The notes beneath the pieces were generated by a model, which did not search any database, was not told where the DNA came from, and saw only the letters and a list, made by a program, of their open reading frames with translations. 64,000 nt of DNA from Candidatus Poribacteria bacterium (GTDB lineage: Bacteria > Poribacteria > WGA-4E > PCPOR2b), in NCBI GenBank assembly GCA_965218095.1, contig OZ244587.1, positions 928,001 to 992,000 on the forward strand. The letters are read 5' to 3'. A program made the translations under genes and the position numbers. Below, in pieces: positions 1-10,555 of this stretch. Numbering within the stretch: the first letter of the stretch is position 1; each line of letters begins with the position of its first letter.

Positions 1-1
1 C

Positions 2-406
2 CTTGCCTCCGCGAGCGTTGAAGACATCGAAAGCATTTACGGTATTGGGCCCCGCCTAGCAGAAAGTATCATTCATTTCTTCCAACAACCAACTAATCAG
101 GCGCTCCTGAAACGGTTAAAAGCGGCGGAGCTTCAATGGGCAACCGGGTCAAGTGAATCTTCAGAGACATCAGCAACTTTCCTTTCTGGTAAAACCTTTG
201 TGCTAACAGGTGCGCTTTCGACGATGACCCGGTCCGAGGCCTCCAAAAAAATCGAAGAACGTGGTGGGAAAGTCAGTTCTAGCGTCAGCCGAAAGACAGA
301 TTTCGTGCTCGCTGGCGACTCAGCCGGATCCAAATATGAGCGCGCCATCCAACTTGACATCCCGATCTTGACGGAAGAAGCGTTCATTGAAAAGCTATCC
401 AATTGA
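2..406 (+). CDS. ligA: NAD-dependent DNA ligase, C-terminal part (HhH + BRCT); truncated by window start
   Basis: Open frame from nt 2: LASASVEDIESIYGIGPRLAESI (HhH), then FVLTGALSTMTRSEA...GGKVSSSVSRKTDFVLAG...GSKYERA (BRCT). Confidence 0.95.
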   Translation, partial: LASASVEDIESIYGIGPRLAESIIHFFQQPTNQALLKRLKAAELQWATGSSESSETSATFLSGKTFVLTGALSTMTRSEASKKIEERGGKVSSSVSRKTDFVLAGDSAGSKYERAIQLDIPILTEEAFIEKLSN

Positions 407-531
407 GTTTCCCGCTTTCAATCTATCCGCTTTTATGCTATACTCCCAATAGCGCCTGAAAAACACATCGAACTTTTTTCTCAGAAGCGGGTTTTACAAA
501 CCGTAAATCTGATGAGAAAAGGAGTATAGGA

Positions 532-864
532 ATGCAGCACGACGATGTCGAATACTTAATGCCCCTTACCAGGGATGCAGACTCTGAAGTTAGAAAAGGG
601 GCCGTCCGAGAGCTTTGTCCCTATGAACTCAAGTTCAATAGTCAACCTGTCTGGGATCGGCTAATCGAAATGGTAAAAGCCCCGGACGCAGGCGTGCGTC
701 ACAATGTCCTGCATGTGCTCTGCGACGGTTCCCCGAGGCAAAGAGAAACCGAAATTGTGCAAGCACTCGAAGGAATGTACCAGGACCCTGATGCGAAGCT
801 GCGACGACAGGTTCGTAAAGTTCTCGCACAATATAGGCATACCGGAAATGTTAATGTGCTATGA
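532..864 (+). CDS. Small HEAT-repeat protein
   Basis: Repeated D-x-D-x-x-VR motifs (DADSEVR, PDAGVR, DPDAKLR); AGGAG RBS upstream. Confidence 0.8.
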   Translation: MQHDDVEYLMPLTRDADSEVRKGAVRELCPYELKFNSQPVWDRLIEMVKAPDAGVRHNVLHVLCDGSPRQRETEIVQALEGMYQDPDAKLRRQVRKVLAQYRHTGNVNVL

Positions 865-1067
865 AAGTCCACTATAGCATATCGGGGAAAATATGAAAAC
901 GAGGCTGTGGCTGGACTCAAGTCATCTTTGAACCGATCCGGTTCAAGCATATGTGGTATCTCAGAAGCAGTTGTTCTGAGAAAGATCCGCAAGGGGAGTC
1001 TTGAGGATTGGTGACCTTGTGTTTAATCTGTAACCCAAACAATAGAAAAAGAATAGGAGAATGAAAA

Positions 1068-1205
1068 ATGAGAGGTAATAAGGGAAAAGGCGGTAAATCG
1101 CTAGACAGTTCAAATAAAGGTGTTGTCAAAAAGACAGCGACCAAAAAAGGACGTAAAGAAAGAAAGCTCGCTAAGCAAGAAAAACGAGCGCAAAAAGAGT
1201 ATTAA
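1068..1205 (+). CDS. Small 45-aa Lys/Arg-rich protein, below the ORF track cutoff
   Basis: AGGAGA at 1055-1060, ATG at 1068; MRGNKGKGGKSLDSSNKGVVKKTATKKGRKERKLAKQEKRAQKEY*; followed directly by a terminator-like structure. Confidence 0.6.
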   Translation: MRGNKGKGGKSLDSSNKGVVKKTATKKGRKERKLAKQEKRAQKEY

Positions 1206-1212
1206 ACGACCA

Positions 1213-1297
1213 GGCGATAGCACACAAAGAAGGGGGGCCGAGGTACATTGCCTCACAACATATCACGGTCTTTGCTTTGTGCTATCGCCCTTTTTTT
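1213..1297 (+). terminator. Long-stem intrinsic terminator-like structure
   Basis: GGCGATAGCACA (1213-1224) pairs with TGTGCTATCGCC (1278-1289); T7 tract at 1291-1297. Confidence 0.65.
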
Positions 1298-1315
1298 GCA
1301 AGGAGTCATCGCGTC

Positions 1316-4300
1316 GTGGAATTTACCCTAAACCAGAAAAAAGCGCATGATCTCAATCGTCACATCAGCGTGACCGCTGGGGCGGGGTCCGGGAAAACAG
1401 CGGTATTGGTTCACCGATACCTCAAGATCTTGCTTGAAAAGAATCTGCGTCCCAATCAAGTTGTAGCAATCACGTTTACCGAGAAAGCCGCAGCTAAATT
1501 GAAGCAGCGCATTGTTCGGGAGATCAACGCGAGGTTAGAAGAAGGGAATCACAGCACAAAATTAGAGGCAATCAAGGCCGGAATGATCTCTGCACAGATC
1601 TCGACGATCCATTCATTTTGTGCACGCATTCTGCGAGAATATCCTGTTGAAGCGGGCGTTGACGCTGGCTTCAATGTACTCCAAAGGATCGAGCAACAGT
1701 TTATCCTCAATGAGATCATCGATTCAACGCTTAAGTCGATCGCTGACCGACCAGCAGGTGACGCAATGCGTGAAAAACTTGCTGACCTGCTGCGGATATT
1801 TGGAAAGAGGCGACTTGAGGAGCGCTTATACCAACTGGTTTCTCAGCGTGAGGCTGTTGATCGACTGATACGTGATTTGTACAATCTGACAGATGCAGAG
1901 GTACTGGATTATTGGCACGAGTTTGCACAAGCGAAATTGTTGCAGAGTCTAAGCGATCAGTTTCCCATTGAGCGTTGGCTGCACTGTCTGGACACAGTAT
2001 TGGTAGTCGTTAAGGGGAAGAACGCAGCGAAGGTTCGAGAACTGGCGGCTCGGATTCAGCCGGATCTGGGAGCGCAAGATGCGATTTCGATTCTCGGTGA
2101 GATTGCCCCCCTCCTGTTGACCCAAAAGGGAGAGATCAGCAAACGCGATTTTATTGGCGCCCGTGTCAAAACTGACGAGATCGAAGCGGAAATCGATTTC
2201 CTTGTCTGTGCTGCGAACCACTTTCAATCCTTCCCGGCTTTCACTGATGACGATGTCCTGCTCATTCGCGTCACTCGCCCACTACTGGCAATCTATGATC
2301 AGATCCAACATGTCTACGAACGCCATAAACTCCAACAGGGACAACTCGATTTTGATGACCTGCAGATTAAGGTCAGGGATCTGTTGCAGAATGAGTCAAT
2401 CTGTGCACGACTGGTCCAAAGATACCCTTACATCATGGTTGACGAGTATCAGGACACCAACCGCTTGCAGTACGAGATTCTCAAGCCGCTGATTTCCGAT
2501 TTCCAATTGGGGAACCTGTTCATCGTGGGCGATCAGAAGCAGAGTATCTATGGATTTCGCGGGGCAGATGTGCGTGTGTTTCACCAAACACGACAGGAAA
2601 TGACTGCGTATCAATCCCAATACCGAGGGCATCAGGACGAGTTTGTGTGGTATGATGAAGAACTCCAGGCTAATGATTCGGAAAAACGTGGTGACATCCA
2701 TCTGCCTGAAAACTTTCGCCTGCTCCGAAACCTCGTCGGTTGCATCAATCTGGTCTTTCAGCCACTTATGGAGACAGCAGGGGTGAACGAGTTTGAGGTA
2801 GTCTATGAGCCGCTGATCAAAGGGAGAGCCACTGATCAACCCGGCGATGTAGAGCTCATCATCGGTTCAAAAGGGCAAGCCGGCAGCCATCTGCAGCCTC
2901 CCATAGACGAAAATGAGTTAATCGGGGCACGCATTCGCCAACTGATTGGGGCGAGTGCAATGATTTGGGAGCGTAATGGCGATGAGGAGACTCCCCGTCC
3001 GATCCGATATGGCGACATTGCTATCCTTATCCGCAGCCGTACCCACTTACCCGAGATCGAGTCTGCCTTGCTCAATGCAGAAATTCCGTACAAAATCACG
3101 GGGGGCATCGGGTTTTATCAGCGGCAGGAAATTTACGATATTGGTAACTACCTGCAATTCCTCGTCAACCCTGATGACGATGTGGCACTCGCCGGGGTTC
3201 TCCGCGCACCGTTCTTTGGAATTTCGGATGTGGAGTTGTACGAAATCTCGCAGCGGCCGGAACCTCGATCATTCTGGCAAAAGGTCCAAACCTACACCGC
3301 TGAACGAATCAGCAAATCATATAATACACAATACACAATACCCGATACGCATCACATTTCCTCCGATTCTCCCTCCTTCCAATCTCCAATCTTTTATGCC
3401 GTCGAGACTTTGCGACATCACCAGGAGATCTGTCATCGCCTGCCGATCAGCAGGCTTATCCGCAAGATTGTCAACGACACCAGCATGGTTGGGGTACTTC
3501 CTGTTGGGCAGCAGGGCAAGCAGCGGTGGGCGAATTACGAAAAGCTGTTAGATATTGCGAGGGAGTTTGAGAGCGCAGGGTTCACGGATTTGTTTGATTT
3601 CCTAGAGCGGTTGAATCTGCTAATCGAGGAGGAGGAACGCGAAGGACAAGCCACAACACAGTTGACGGAGGATACCGTGCAGGTGATGACTGTCCACGCT
3701 GCGAAAGGGTTTGAGTTTCCGGTTGTGATCCTTCCACACCTCGATCGGCGATTTCGATACGATTCGGAGCCGTTCATCGATGACGTGCTCGGTATCAGTT
3801 TGAGTCCCACAGATCCGGAGAATGGCTACCAACAGAGTGAACCAACCGCTACACAGTTGATGCAGAACCGAGCAAAACAACGAACAGATGCAGAGGAAAA
3901 GCGGCTCTTCTATGTGGCAGCAACCCGCGCCCGCGATCGCCTCGTCCTGTCGGGGACGCTCGATTGGCGGGGAAACGCGGGAGGTTGGTTCGGTTGGCTG
4001 CTTGCCACATTGGGGTTCTCAGGGATGCCGCATGTCACTCGCGATCTCGATTCTATCGGGGAGGATGAAATCCAACATCCTGTCACAATCGAAGCCTTGT
4101 CGGGGGCTGGGACCACACCGATCTCCTTTGATCTACCGATTCGCATTATTAAATCCCTCGATGCGCTCGATTTCGTTGAGGAGGACACGCCCGCGCCACC
4201 GCCGCCGGCCGGGTTTCCAGCGTTCCACGTCGATTCATTGCGTCCTTCCCCTGTCAGCGAAACCTTCTCGGTGACGCAACTTGCAACGTATGCGCACTGC

Positions 4301-4960
4301 CCGACGAAGTTCTATTTGCAACACCGGATTCAGGCGCCAATATCAGATCTTGACCCCGAGAGTACGGCGAGAGGTACGGCGGTTCATGAAGTTTTGGCGC
4401 AGTTGCGGACGCAAGCGGATTGCGATCGGGATTTAGAGCCGCTGATTCGTGCCATGTTTGTAGATGTTTCGGTAGAGACGGTTCGTGAGCATGTCGAGAA
4501 TTTCCTGAATTCTGAGATCGGGGTGATGGCACTGAGTGCGGATGAGCGTTACTGTGAAAGGCACATCTACGCCCAAATCGGTTCGCACCTGATTAACGGA
4601 ATCGTAGATCGGCTTTTTAAGGATTCGGCGGGATTATGGCATCTTATCGATTATAAGACGGACGCGATTGACAGATCAGAGCTTGCCGACAGCGTAGCAC
4701 GCTATCGCCCGCAGATTGAGTTATATGCCCTGCTGGTCCATCGGCTCCACCCGCCGCAGGTAGTGATACCGGCCACGATCTTTTTCACGCATCTCGCGGA
4801 GCCGTATTCGATGGAGTTAACGGGGGAAGCATTGGAGGAGGTTGAGGGAGCATGGCTGAAGCGGATTGAGGCAATACAGGTCGGAACGTTTGAAAAGAAT
4901 GCGGAGCACTGCCCAATGTGTCCTTACTTTGTTGATAGCCAGTGCCTAGTTTCAAATTGA
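1316..4960 (+). CDS. addA: AddA/UvrD-like SF1 helicase with C-terminal PD-(D/E)xK nuclease
   Basis: AGAGSGKT, VDEYQD, VGDQKQSIYGFRGA, MTVHAAKGFEF, YVAATRARD; nuclease GIVDRL...IDYKT. Likely start is GTG 1316 after AGGAG 1301-1305. Confidence 0.85.
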   Translation: MEFTLNQKKAHDLNRHISVTAGAGSGKTAVLVHRYLKILLEKNLRPNQVVAITFTEKAAAKLKQRIVREINARLEEGNHSTKLEAIKAGMISAQISTIHSFCARILREYPVEAGVDAGFNVLQRIEQQFILNEIIDSTLKSIADRPAGDAMREKLADLLRIFGKRRLEERLYQLVSQREAVDRLIRDLYNLTDAEVLDYWHEFAQAKLLQSLSDQFPIERWLHCLDTVLVVVKGKNAAKVRELAARIQPDLGAQDAISILGEIAPLLLTQKGEISKRDFIGARVKTDEIEAEIDFLVCAANHFQSFPAFTDDDVLLIRVTRPLLAIYDQIQHVYERHKLQQGQLDFDDLQIKVRDLLQNESICARLVQRYPYIMVDEYQDTNRLQYEILKPLISDFQLGNLFIVGDQKQSIYGFRGADVRVFHQTRQEMTAYQSQYRGHQDEFVWYDEELQANDSEKRGDIHLPENFRLLRNLVGCINLVFQPLMETAGVNEFEVVYEPLIKGRATDQPGDVELIIGSKGQAGSHLQPPIDENELIGARIRQLIGASAMIWERNGDEETPRPIRYGDIAILIRSRTHLPEIESALLNAEIPYKITGGIGFYQRQEIYDIGNYLQFLVNPDDDVALAGVLRAPFFGISDVELYEISQRPEPRSFWQKVQTYTAERISKSYNTQYTIPDTHHISSDSPSFQSPIFYAVETLRHHQEICHRLPISRLIRKIVNDTSMVGVLPVGQQGKQRWANYEKLLDIAREFESAGFTDLFDFLERLNLLIEEEEREGQATTQLTEDTVQVMTVHAAKGFEFPVVILPHLDRRFRYDSEPFIDDVLGISLSPTDPENGYQQSEPTATQLMQNRAKQRTDAEEKRLFYVAATRARDRLVLSGTLDWRGNAGGWFGWLLATLGFSGMPHVTRDLDSIGEDEIQHPVTIEALSGAGTTPISFDLPIRIIKSLDALDFVEEDTPAPPPPAGFPAFHVDSLRPSPVSETFSVTQLATYAHCPTKFYLQHRIQAPISDLDPESTARGTAVHEVLAQLRTQADCDRDLEPLIRAMFVDVSVETVREHVENFLNSEIGVMALSADERYCERHIYAQIGSHLINGIVDRLFKDSAGLWHLIDYKTDAIDRSELADSVARYRPQIELYALLVHRLHPPQVVIPATIFFTHLAEPYSMELTGEALEEVEGAWLKRIEAIQVGTFEKNAEHCPMCPYFVDSQCLVSN

Positions 4961-5064
4961 TAATTGTTAAGTGTCTCGGCACCTATCGATTTGAAAGGGG
5001 AAAGTTCGGCTCACCTATGACGACAGGATGTTTGGCTCTCGCTGACGACATTCTAACAGGAGCG

Positions 5065-6999
5065 TCAACCTTCGTCAGCCGGCTGGATGGAAGCTGTGAC
5101 GCCTGCCGTCGCTGGAACAACCTGCAGCGGCGGAAGTTCTGGATAGTTCCCGCGCGCCGTCCTCCACGTAATCAGCCCTTCGATGATCATCCACACCTGC
5201 AAGGCTTCAACAGCAATGCCAAATCCAAAAAGCAGGTACTTTCCAGTAAACAACCATCCTGTTTCGGGGTTAAACATCTGCCAGAACATCGCCCACGCCG
5301 GCATAATCAACATCACCGCCATCGGAAGCGCTGCAAACCAGATCGGTTTATTCCGCCGCAGCAAATAGAATACCGTCACCATAAAGGCAAGTCCCGCCAA
5401 CAATTGGTTCGTTGCGCCGAAAAGGGGCCAGAGGATTAAGCCGCCGCTTCCGGGTCCCTTTGGCCCTGGCATCAGGGCAACGACACCCCCCAGGAACAAA
5501 GCGACGCCGGTTGCCACGTATCGATTGGTGAGCGGTTTAATCTTGACTGTTTGCGCAAGTTCCTGGATGACGTAGCGTTGTAGACGTGTTGCGGTATCCA
5601 GAGTCGTTGCTGCAAAACTTGCTACCAGCACCGCCATTATCGTGATTGCCATTTTCAGTGGGATGCCGACGCTCGCAAGGAAATTGCCACCACCTTCGAC
5701 AAAAGCGCCGACCTTTTTGGCAAGGCTGTGACCTGCCCATCCACCGACAGTTGTCACCGTGCCATCGGCGTTTGTGACCGTTCGGGTCATGGCGTACCGT
5801 GTCCGCCAGGCGTCCTGGTATTTGACCTGTTGTCCAGTCGTAGCGTTGATGACTGGTTGGAAGGTGTAACTCGCTCCGGCGCCACTCCGCGTGAAAAGCC
5901 CCATGCCAATTCCGGCGCAACATGCGAGGATGACGATCACCGCAAGTCCGCCTTCAAGCAGCATCGCGCCGTAGCCGACATATTGGGCATCTCTCTCCGA
6001 AGCAACCTGCTTGCTGGAGGTGCCGGAACTCACCATGCAGTGGAAACCGCTAATTGCCCCGCAAGCGATGGTGATGAAAAGGAAGGGCCAAATCGGGGGG
6101 GCGTCTGGTGGAATGTCGGGGGCGATAGCCGGTGCAGACGCGAAGAGGTTTGCCCCCCCTGTGAAACCCGCAATACCAAGACCTAAGACAAGCAGAAGCA
6201 AAGCCACGATTAATTCATGGCTGTTGATAAAATCGCGAGGCTGAAGCAGCGTCCAGACAGGGAGGACGGAGGCGATAAAGCAGTAGACAAACAGAACCAA
6301 TGTCCAGATGACTACCGCGTTGAGAAACGTTTGACCCAGCAACGGAACGCCGAACCACTCCGAAATGTTAATCGGAAGCAGGTACGCGCCGACCGCCATC
6401 GCAATGTACATCACTCCCAACGCGATGATGGAAGGCACCAGAATATTCCCACCTCTTCGATAGATCCAAATTCCAATGGCAACCGCAAGGGGAATCTCGA
6501 TCCAAACCGAAAGCACCGATTCAGGATAGATTGCGAAGATAATGGCGATGACCAAACCAAAAATAGCCAAAACAACGGTCAGCGCCATGAATAAGATGGT
6601 TAAAAACAGCAGCTTGGCGCGCGGCGTGATCATTCGTCCCGCGATGTCGCCCACACTTTGTCCACGATTACGGAGGGAAACCACCAAAGCGCCGAAGTCG
6701 TGAACAGCGCCGATAAAAATTGAACCTAACACGACCCAGAGCAGGGCAGGCAGCCACCCCCAAAAAACCGCAATCGCGGGTCCAACGATGGGGCCCGTTC
6801 CCGCAATGCTGGTGAAGTGATGTCCGAAGATAATCTCCTTCTTCGTGGGAAGGTAGTCCACGTCATCACGTAGTTCCTGGCTCGGCACCTTTGCCTCCGG
6901 ATTGATGCCAAAGATCTTTCTCGCTAACCATCGTCCGTAAGTGTGGTAGGCGACGATAAAGCCAAAAAAGCTCAACAGAGCGATAATCAGTGTGTTCAT
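5065..6999 (-). CDS. cstA: Carbon starvation protein A (peptide/pyruvate transporter family)
   Basis: GHHFTSIAGTGPIVGP, QPRDFIN, FITIACGAISGFH, LWPLFGATNQLLA; AGGAGG precedes ATG 6999. Confidence 0.95.
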   Translation of the reverse strand: MNTLIIALLSFFGFIVAYHTYGRWLARKIFGINPEAKVPSQELRDDVDYLPTKKEIIFGHHFTSIAGTGPIVGPAIAVFWGWLPALLWVVLGSIFIGAVHDFGALVVSLRNRGQSVGDIAGRMITPRAKLLFLTILFMALTVVLAIFGLVIAIIFAIYPESVLSVWIEIPLAVAIGIWIYRRGGNILVPSIIALGVMYIAMAVGAYLLPINISEWFGVPLLGQTFLNAVVIWTLVLFVYCFIASVLPVWTLLQPRDFINSHELIVALLLLVLGLGIAGFTGGANLFASAPAIAPDIPPDAPPIWPFLFITIACGAISGFHCMVSSGTSSKQVASERDAQYVGYGAMLLEGGLAVIVILACCAGIGMGLFTRSGAGASYTFQPVINATTGQQVKYQDAWRTRYAMTRTVTNADGTVTTVGGWAGHSLAKKVGAFVEGGGNFLASVGIPLKMAITIMAVLVASFAATTLDTATRLQRYVIQELAQTVKIKPLTNRYVATGVALFLGGVVALMPGPKGPGSGGLILWPLFGATNQLLAGLAFMVTVFYLLRRNKPIWFAALPMAVMLIMPAWAMFWQMFNPETGWLFTGKYLLFGFGIAVEALQVWMIIEGLITWRTARGNYPELPPLQVVPATAGVTASIQPADEG

Positions 7000-7050
7000 T
7001 CTTACCTCCTTTAGTTCGTAAACTAAGTGATCTGTTTGTAGGTCCGCATA

Positions 7051-7099
7051 GGGTTTCTGGACCTGACAGGTTTCCAAAACCTGTCAGGTCCAGAAACCC
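7051..7099. repeat. Perfect 23-bp-arm palindrome (REP-like)
   Basis: GGGTTTCTGGACCTGACAGGTTT-CCA-AAACCTGTCAGGTCCAGAAACCC. Confidence 0.9.
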
Positions 7100-7300
7100 C
7101 GGCCGAACCCCTTTATAGCAAACCAACCACTAAGCTACCACCTATAAAAGGAAATAGCACAAATCTTCAGAATGCTGCGGATTTTTTGACCAGAGATCCA
7201 TAGCATTCTGCTAATCCGTTTCGTACCCAAGCATTTGGTCATCAAGCAGTGGGCGCATGGGTATTAGGTTCTTTAGTTCGGGTTTCCGCATGTGTTGTCC

Positions 7301-9917
7301 TTATGTTGTAAGTGTAATGTTTCGCCAGATTTGATCTCTTGATTGGGATTTTGTATCTCTGGCTTTAATTGCGCTGGGAATTGCGCTTTGAAGTTGGTTG
7401 TTGAATTTGATTTGTGAAACAGGTTTATTACCGTTGTCCTCACAAAATTGTTTATAGGTTTCATAGAGTTCTTGGCGTCGGATGGTACTGCCTGTTTCTT
7501 CTTTAATATATTCTTGGGTAAACGCATAGACCGAATCGTTGCTGGATTTGTACTTCTCCATTTCCTCCATTGTGAATTTTGAGGAGGTAAAGCCGTTCTT
7601 CCTGAAAATCCTGTTGATACCTATGATGGCAAGGTTGAAGAAGGCAGACAGGTTTTCTTCGGTGGTAAGCGTAGTTCTCATGTCCACGTTTTTCTCCTGT
7701 CCCTCAAACTTGTTGGGGAACGGGATAAATTCCCATTTCCGATAGAATCCGTGTGTTCGGTCATTGGTTCGGGGTGCGGTATTGGCAGAGAATAAGAGCT
7801 TGCTGTAAGGCTTAAAGAAGAACAGGTCTCTGTTTTTGCGTTTACCGTCTATCTGGTCGCCTGACGCAATCATCTTGAGGTAGGTCGAATTTTTGATTTC
7901 GGATGCAGAAATATCAGCAAAAACATTTGCAAGTTTCCCGAAGATTTCTGCACGTTTGAATCGGTTTTCATCTAATTCTTGGAGTGGAATATGCGTGACA
8001 TTCTCATTTCCAATTAGGGCAGTAATGAGATTGAGTAAGGTTGATTTACCATTTGCACCTTCACCTAGAAACATGAAATTTTTCTCGTAAGTTAGTATCG
8101 GTGTATAGGCAGTATCCGGCAATCTCATAGATAAGATCGATGCAATCTATTGGAACAACGCTTGCAATGAACCGTTGGATTTCTCTTGTAGCGTTTGTAA
8201 GTTTTGGCTTTTGGGTCTCCGGGTTGATGACTGGTTCACCTGTATTTGGGTTGATTTCGTAGGCTGCATCAGGTTTATATGTTACTGCGATTCTAGTGAT
8301 TGAATGGTAGTAAGGTGTGTGTGGTTTTAATTTGGATGTCCGAATATCAAAAAGTCCATTTTTGATATTGAGAATGTACTTGTTTTGCTTAATAGCTTTG
8401 GCTTCAATTCGGTCTCTGGTCTTGAAATAGTCTATAGTCTCCTTCTCCGTGTCGGTTCTTTGACACCTCGCCTAACCGTTTTTGAGTCTCGCTCATGACG
8501 AAATTCTCGCCGGTATCCCGATAGACACCTTGCTCGTATCGGTAGAGTTGTTCCGCAGTCCAGATGAAGAACTCGTTGTCGAGAGAGATTTCGTCTGCCA
8601 TGCGTTTGGGGAGGTATCCGCCGTGTCGGTCGTAAGAGAAGAAGCGTTTGGGGTTGTTTGCTAAACGTGCATCTTCGTATTGGAGCCCTTTCGCAGCTTT
8701 AATCCAATACTCTAATTCGTATATCAGTCCTCTTTGGATGTAATCGGAAAGATCGACTGATGTTTCTTCTGGCGGTCGTCTTAGTCGTGCGATACGGATT
8801 TCTGGGTAAGAGGTAACCGTTTCGCCTGTCTTGTTATCTACTCTCTGATTGAATGCTGATGGATTGTTCTTTGCAATTTCCTTCCATTTTCGCATGAGTT
8901 TCTTTGCGGTGTTTACTGCACCTCGTTCACCGGCTTCTGATGAATCTGAATCCGCAACGAAGATAATCTCTTTTACTTTTCCGGTTGGTGCGGCAAGTCT
9001 CTCGATTTGGTCGTTTGTCCATGAGATAGTTACAGGGGATACGATTGTATAGTCATTTCCGAAGTGCTGATTGGCTAATATCGCGTCCACGATGCCCTCA
9101 GCGACGATGATTTTGTCTCCCTGCTTAATTGTATCCTCGCCCCATAAAACGTGCCTGACGGCTAAATCTGAGACAAATGGGTGCTTCTCGCTTTGGACGA
9201 GGTGCTTCACGTACTTCTTATAGTCCTCGATTTGGGGGTTGATAGATCTTCCGATTGAAAATACTGGTTGGCCTCGGAACCAGTATGGGAAAATGTATCG
9301 GTCTTGGTATCTATCTCTCAGGGTATTTCTATTACTTTCAAAGAAGAGTCCGGTTGATAGGATTAGTTCTCTATCTTTGACTCCGGTTCGTTCATACAAT
9401 TTTTGTACAAGCCAGCGACCGCCGGGTGGGGCATAGCCAAGTAAATTCTGTTTGATTACTTCGTCGCTAATTTTACGGTTTTTGAAATACTTTTGTTGCT
9501 CTGGTGTCATGTTCTCATGATATAAGTCATGTTCTCATGATATAACTTGAATGCTTCTAGCATGAGCTCTTGAACAGGCTTTCGTTGTGACATTTCGATT
9601 CTTCGGACTCCTTGTTGTTCTGGTGTCTGACCGGGAATGTTGATAGCATATTGATCTGCAAGTGATTCGATTGCTGTCGCATAGTCGCAGTTCAATCGAT
9701 CTTTCTCGTATTCAACAACTTTTCCGCCGCTTTCACAACTGAAGCAATGCCAAAGCTGTCCGGTTGGTGTAACTTGTAAGCATCGTCCGCCTTCTGATGC
9801 GTGGTTGTGGCTCCCGGAATATCGGTCTCCTTCTTTTTTAAGGCTCTCGAATTTCTGGATATGGCTTATGATGTCAACCTGGTTATTGATGAGGTCAAAG
9901 TCGATTTTGTGATTCAT
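7301..9917 (-). pseudogene. Phage/plasmid primase-helicase (CHC2-like Zn finger + DnaG/TOPRIM + D5_N + SF3 helicase), frameshifted three times
   Basis: Fragments: WHCFSCESGG; RYIFP...IVAEGIVD...ADSD (TOPRIM); unlisted frame ILNIKNGLFDIRTSKLKPHTP (D5_N, ~8090-8445); FLGEGANGKST, LLFSAN (SF3). Breaks at a 20-bp duplication (9506-9545), ~8447 and ~8090. Confidence 0.85.
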
Positions 9918-9928
9918 AGTCCATGCTC

Positions 9929-10370
9929 CTATGTCTTTCGTAAGGAAAGAATGATGTCCTTTCCTTTCTTCGCCTGCAACAGCAGTTTGGCTGAAGTTGC
10001 CGGCAACTCCGGCTTAGAGATTATGGGCAGTTCCTCATCGTGCTCAAGCTGTAAGGCAATTTTGGTTTCCTTGGCCTCAATCTTGATTGGCTCCAGTTTC
10101 CCAATGAGCCGATAATGGTGTTTACGCACCTGAATTATCCAGCAGTAGTTTGGTTTGACGGGTACGATGACCTTTTCTACGTCCTGTTCTTTGACATTGA
10201 TAATTTGTTCTCCGAAACCAAAGGGGCTTCCATCAAGTGAGCGGTAAAAGCCCGGGGGAGGAAAGATTTGGAGTACGTAATAAATGTATCTGGGAAAACC
10301 GTGCGCAAAACTACCTGCGCTGAAGAACCGTCCTCATCCACCACCCGAAAAATAAACGCGAGTTCCGAAT
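9929..10370 (-). pseudogene. Truncated, frameshifted phage-like hypothetical gene upstream of the primase
   Basis: The 9929..10129 frame extends upstream (GFGEQIINVKEQDVEKVIVPVKPNYCWIIQVRKH...), overlapping the non-HicA tail of ORF 10177..10545. Confidence 0.45.
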
Positions 10371-10545
10371 CTTTGCTACTTCCATGAGAAACTTTCGTTT
10401 CAACGATTTTCTGACCCTGATGATAATATTCAAGATAGATATGGTCGTGGCTTGAATCCTCGACAAATCCTAAAGTGCGTAACACCTGTCGGAACTTTCT
10501 CTTTGAAATTGTTCTTATTGCTGCCAATGTTCTTATTGCTGCCAA
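10177..10545 (-). pseudogene. HicA-like toxin N-terminus fused to unrelated sequence
   Basis: KRKFRQVLRTLGF...SHDHIYLEYYHQGQKIVETKVSHGSSKD is HicA-like; the expected C-terminal helices are missing after SKD. Confidence 0.55.
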
Positions 10546-10555
10546 GATGACCCCT

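Noticed and set aside
1120-1350. 76-aa ORF from the track
   Set aside because: No RBS, and it crosses the terminator; the 1068..1205 frame is better supported.
4250-4960. Cas4 gene
   Set aside because: The Cys-stapled nuclease is the fused C-terminus of the helicase; no CRISPR context.
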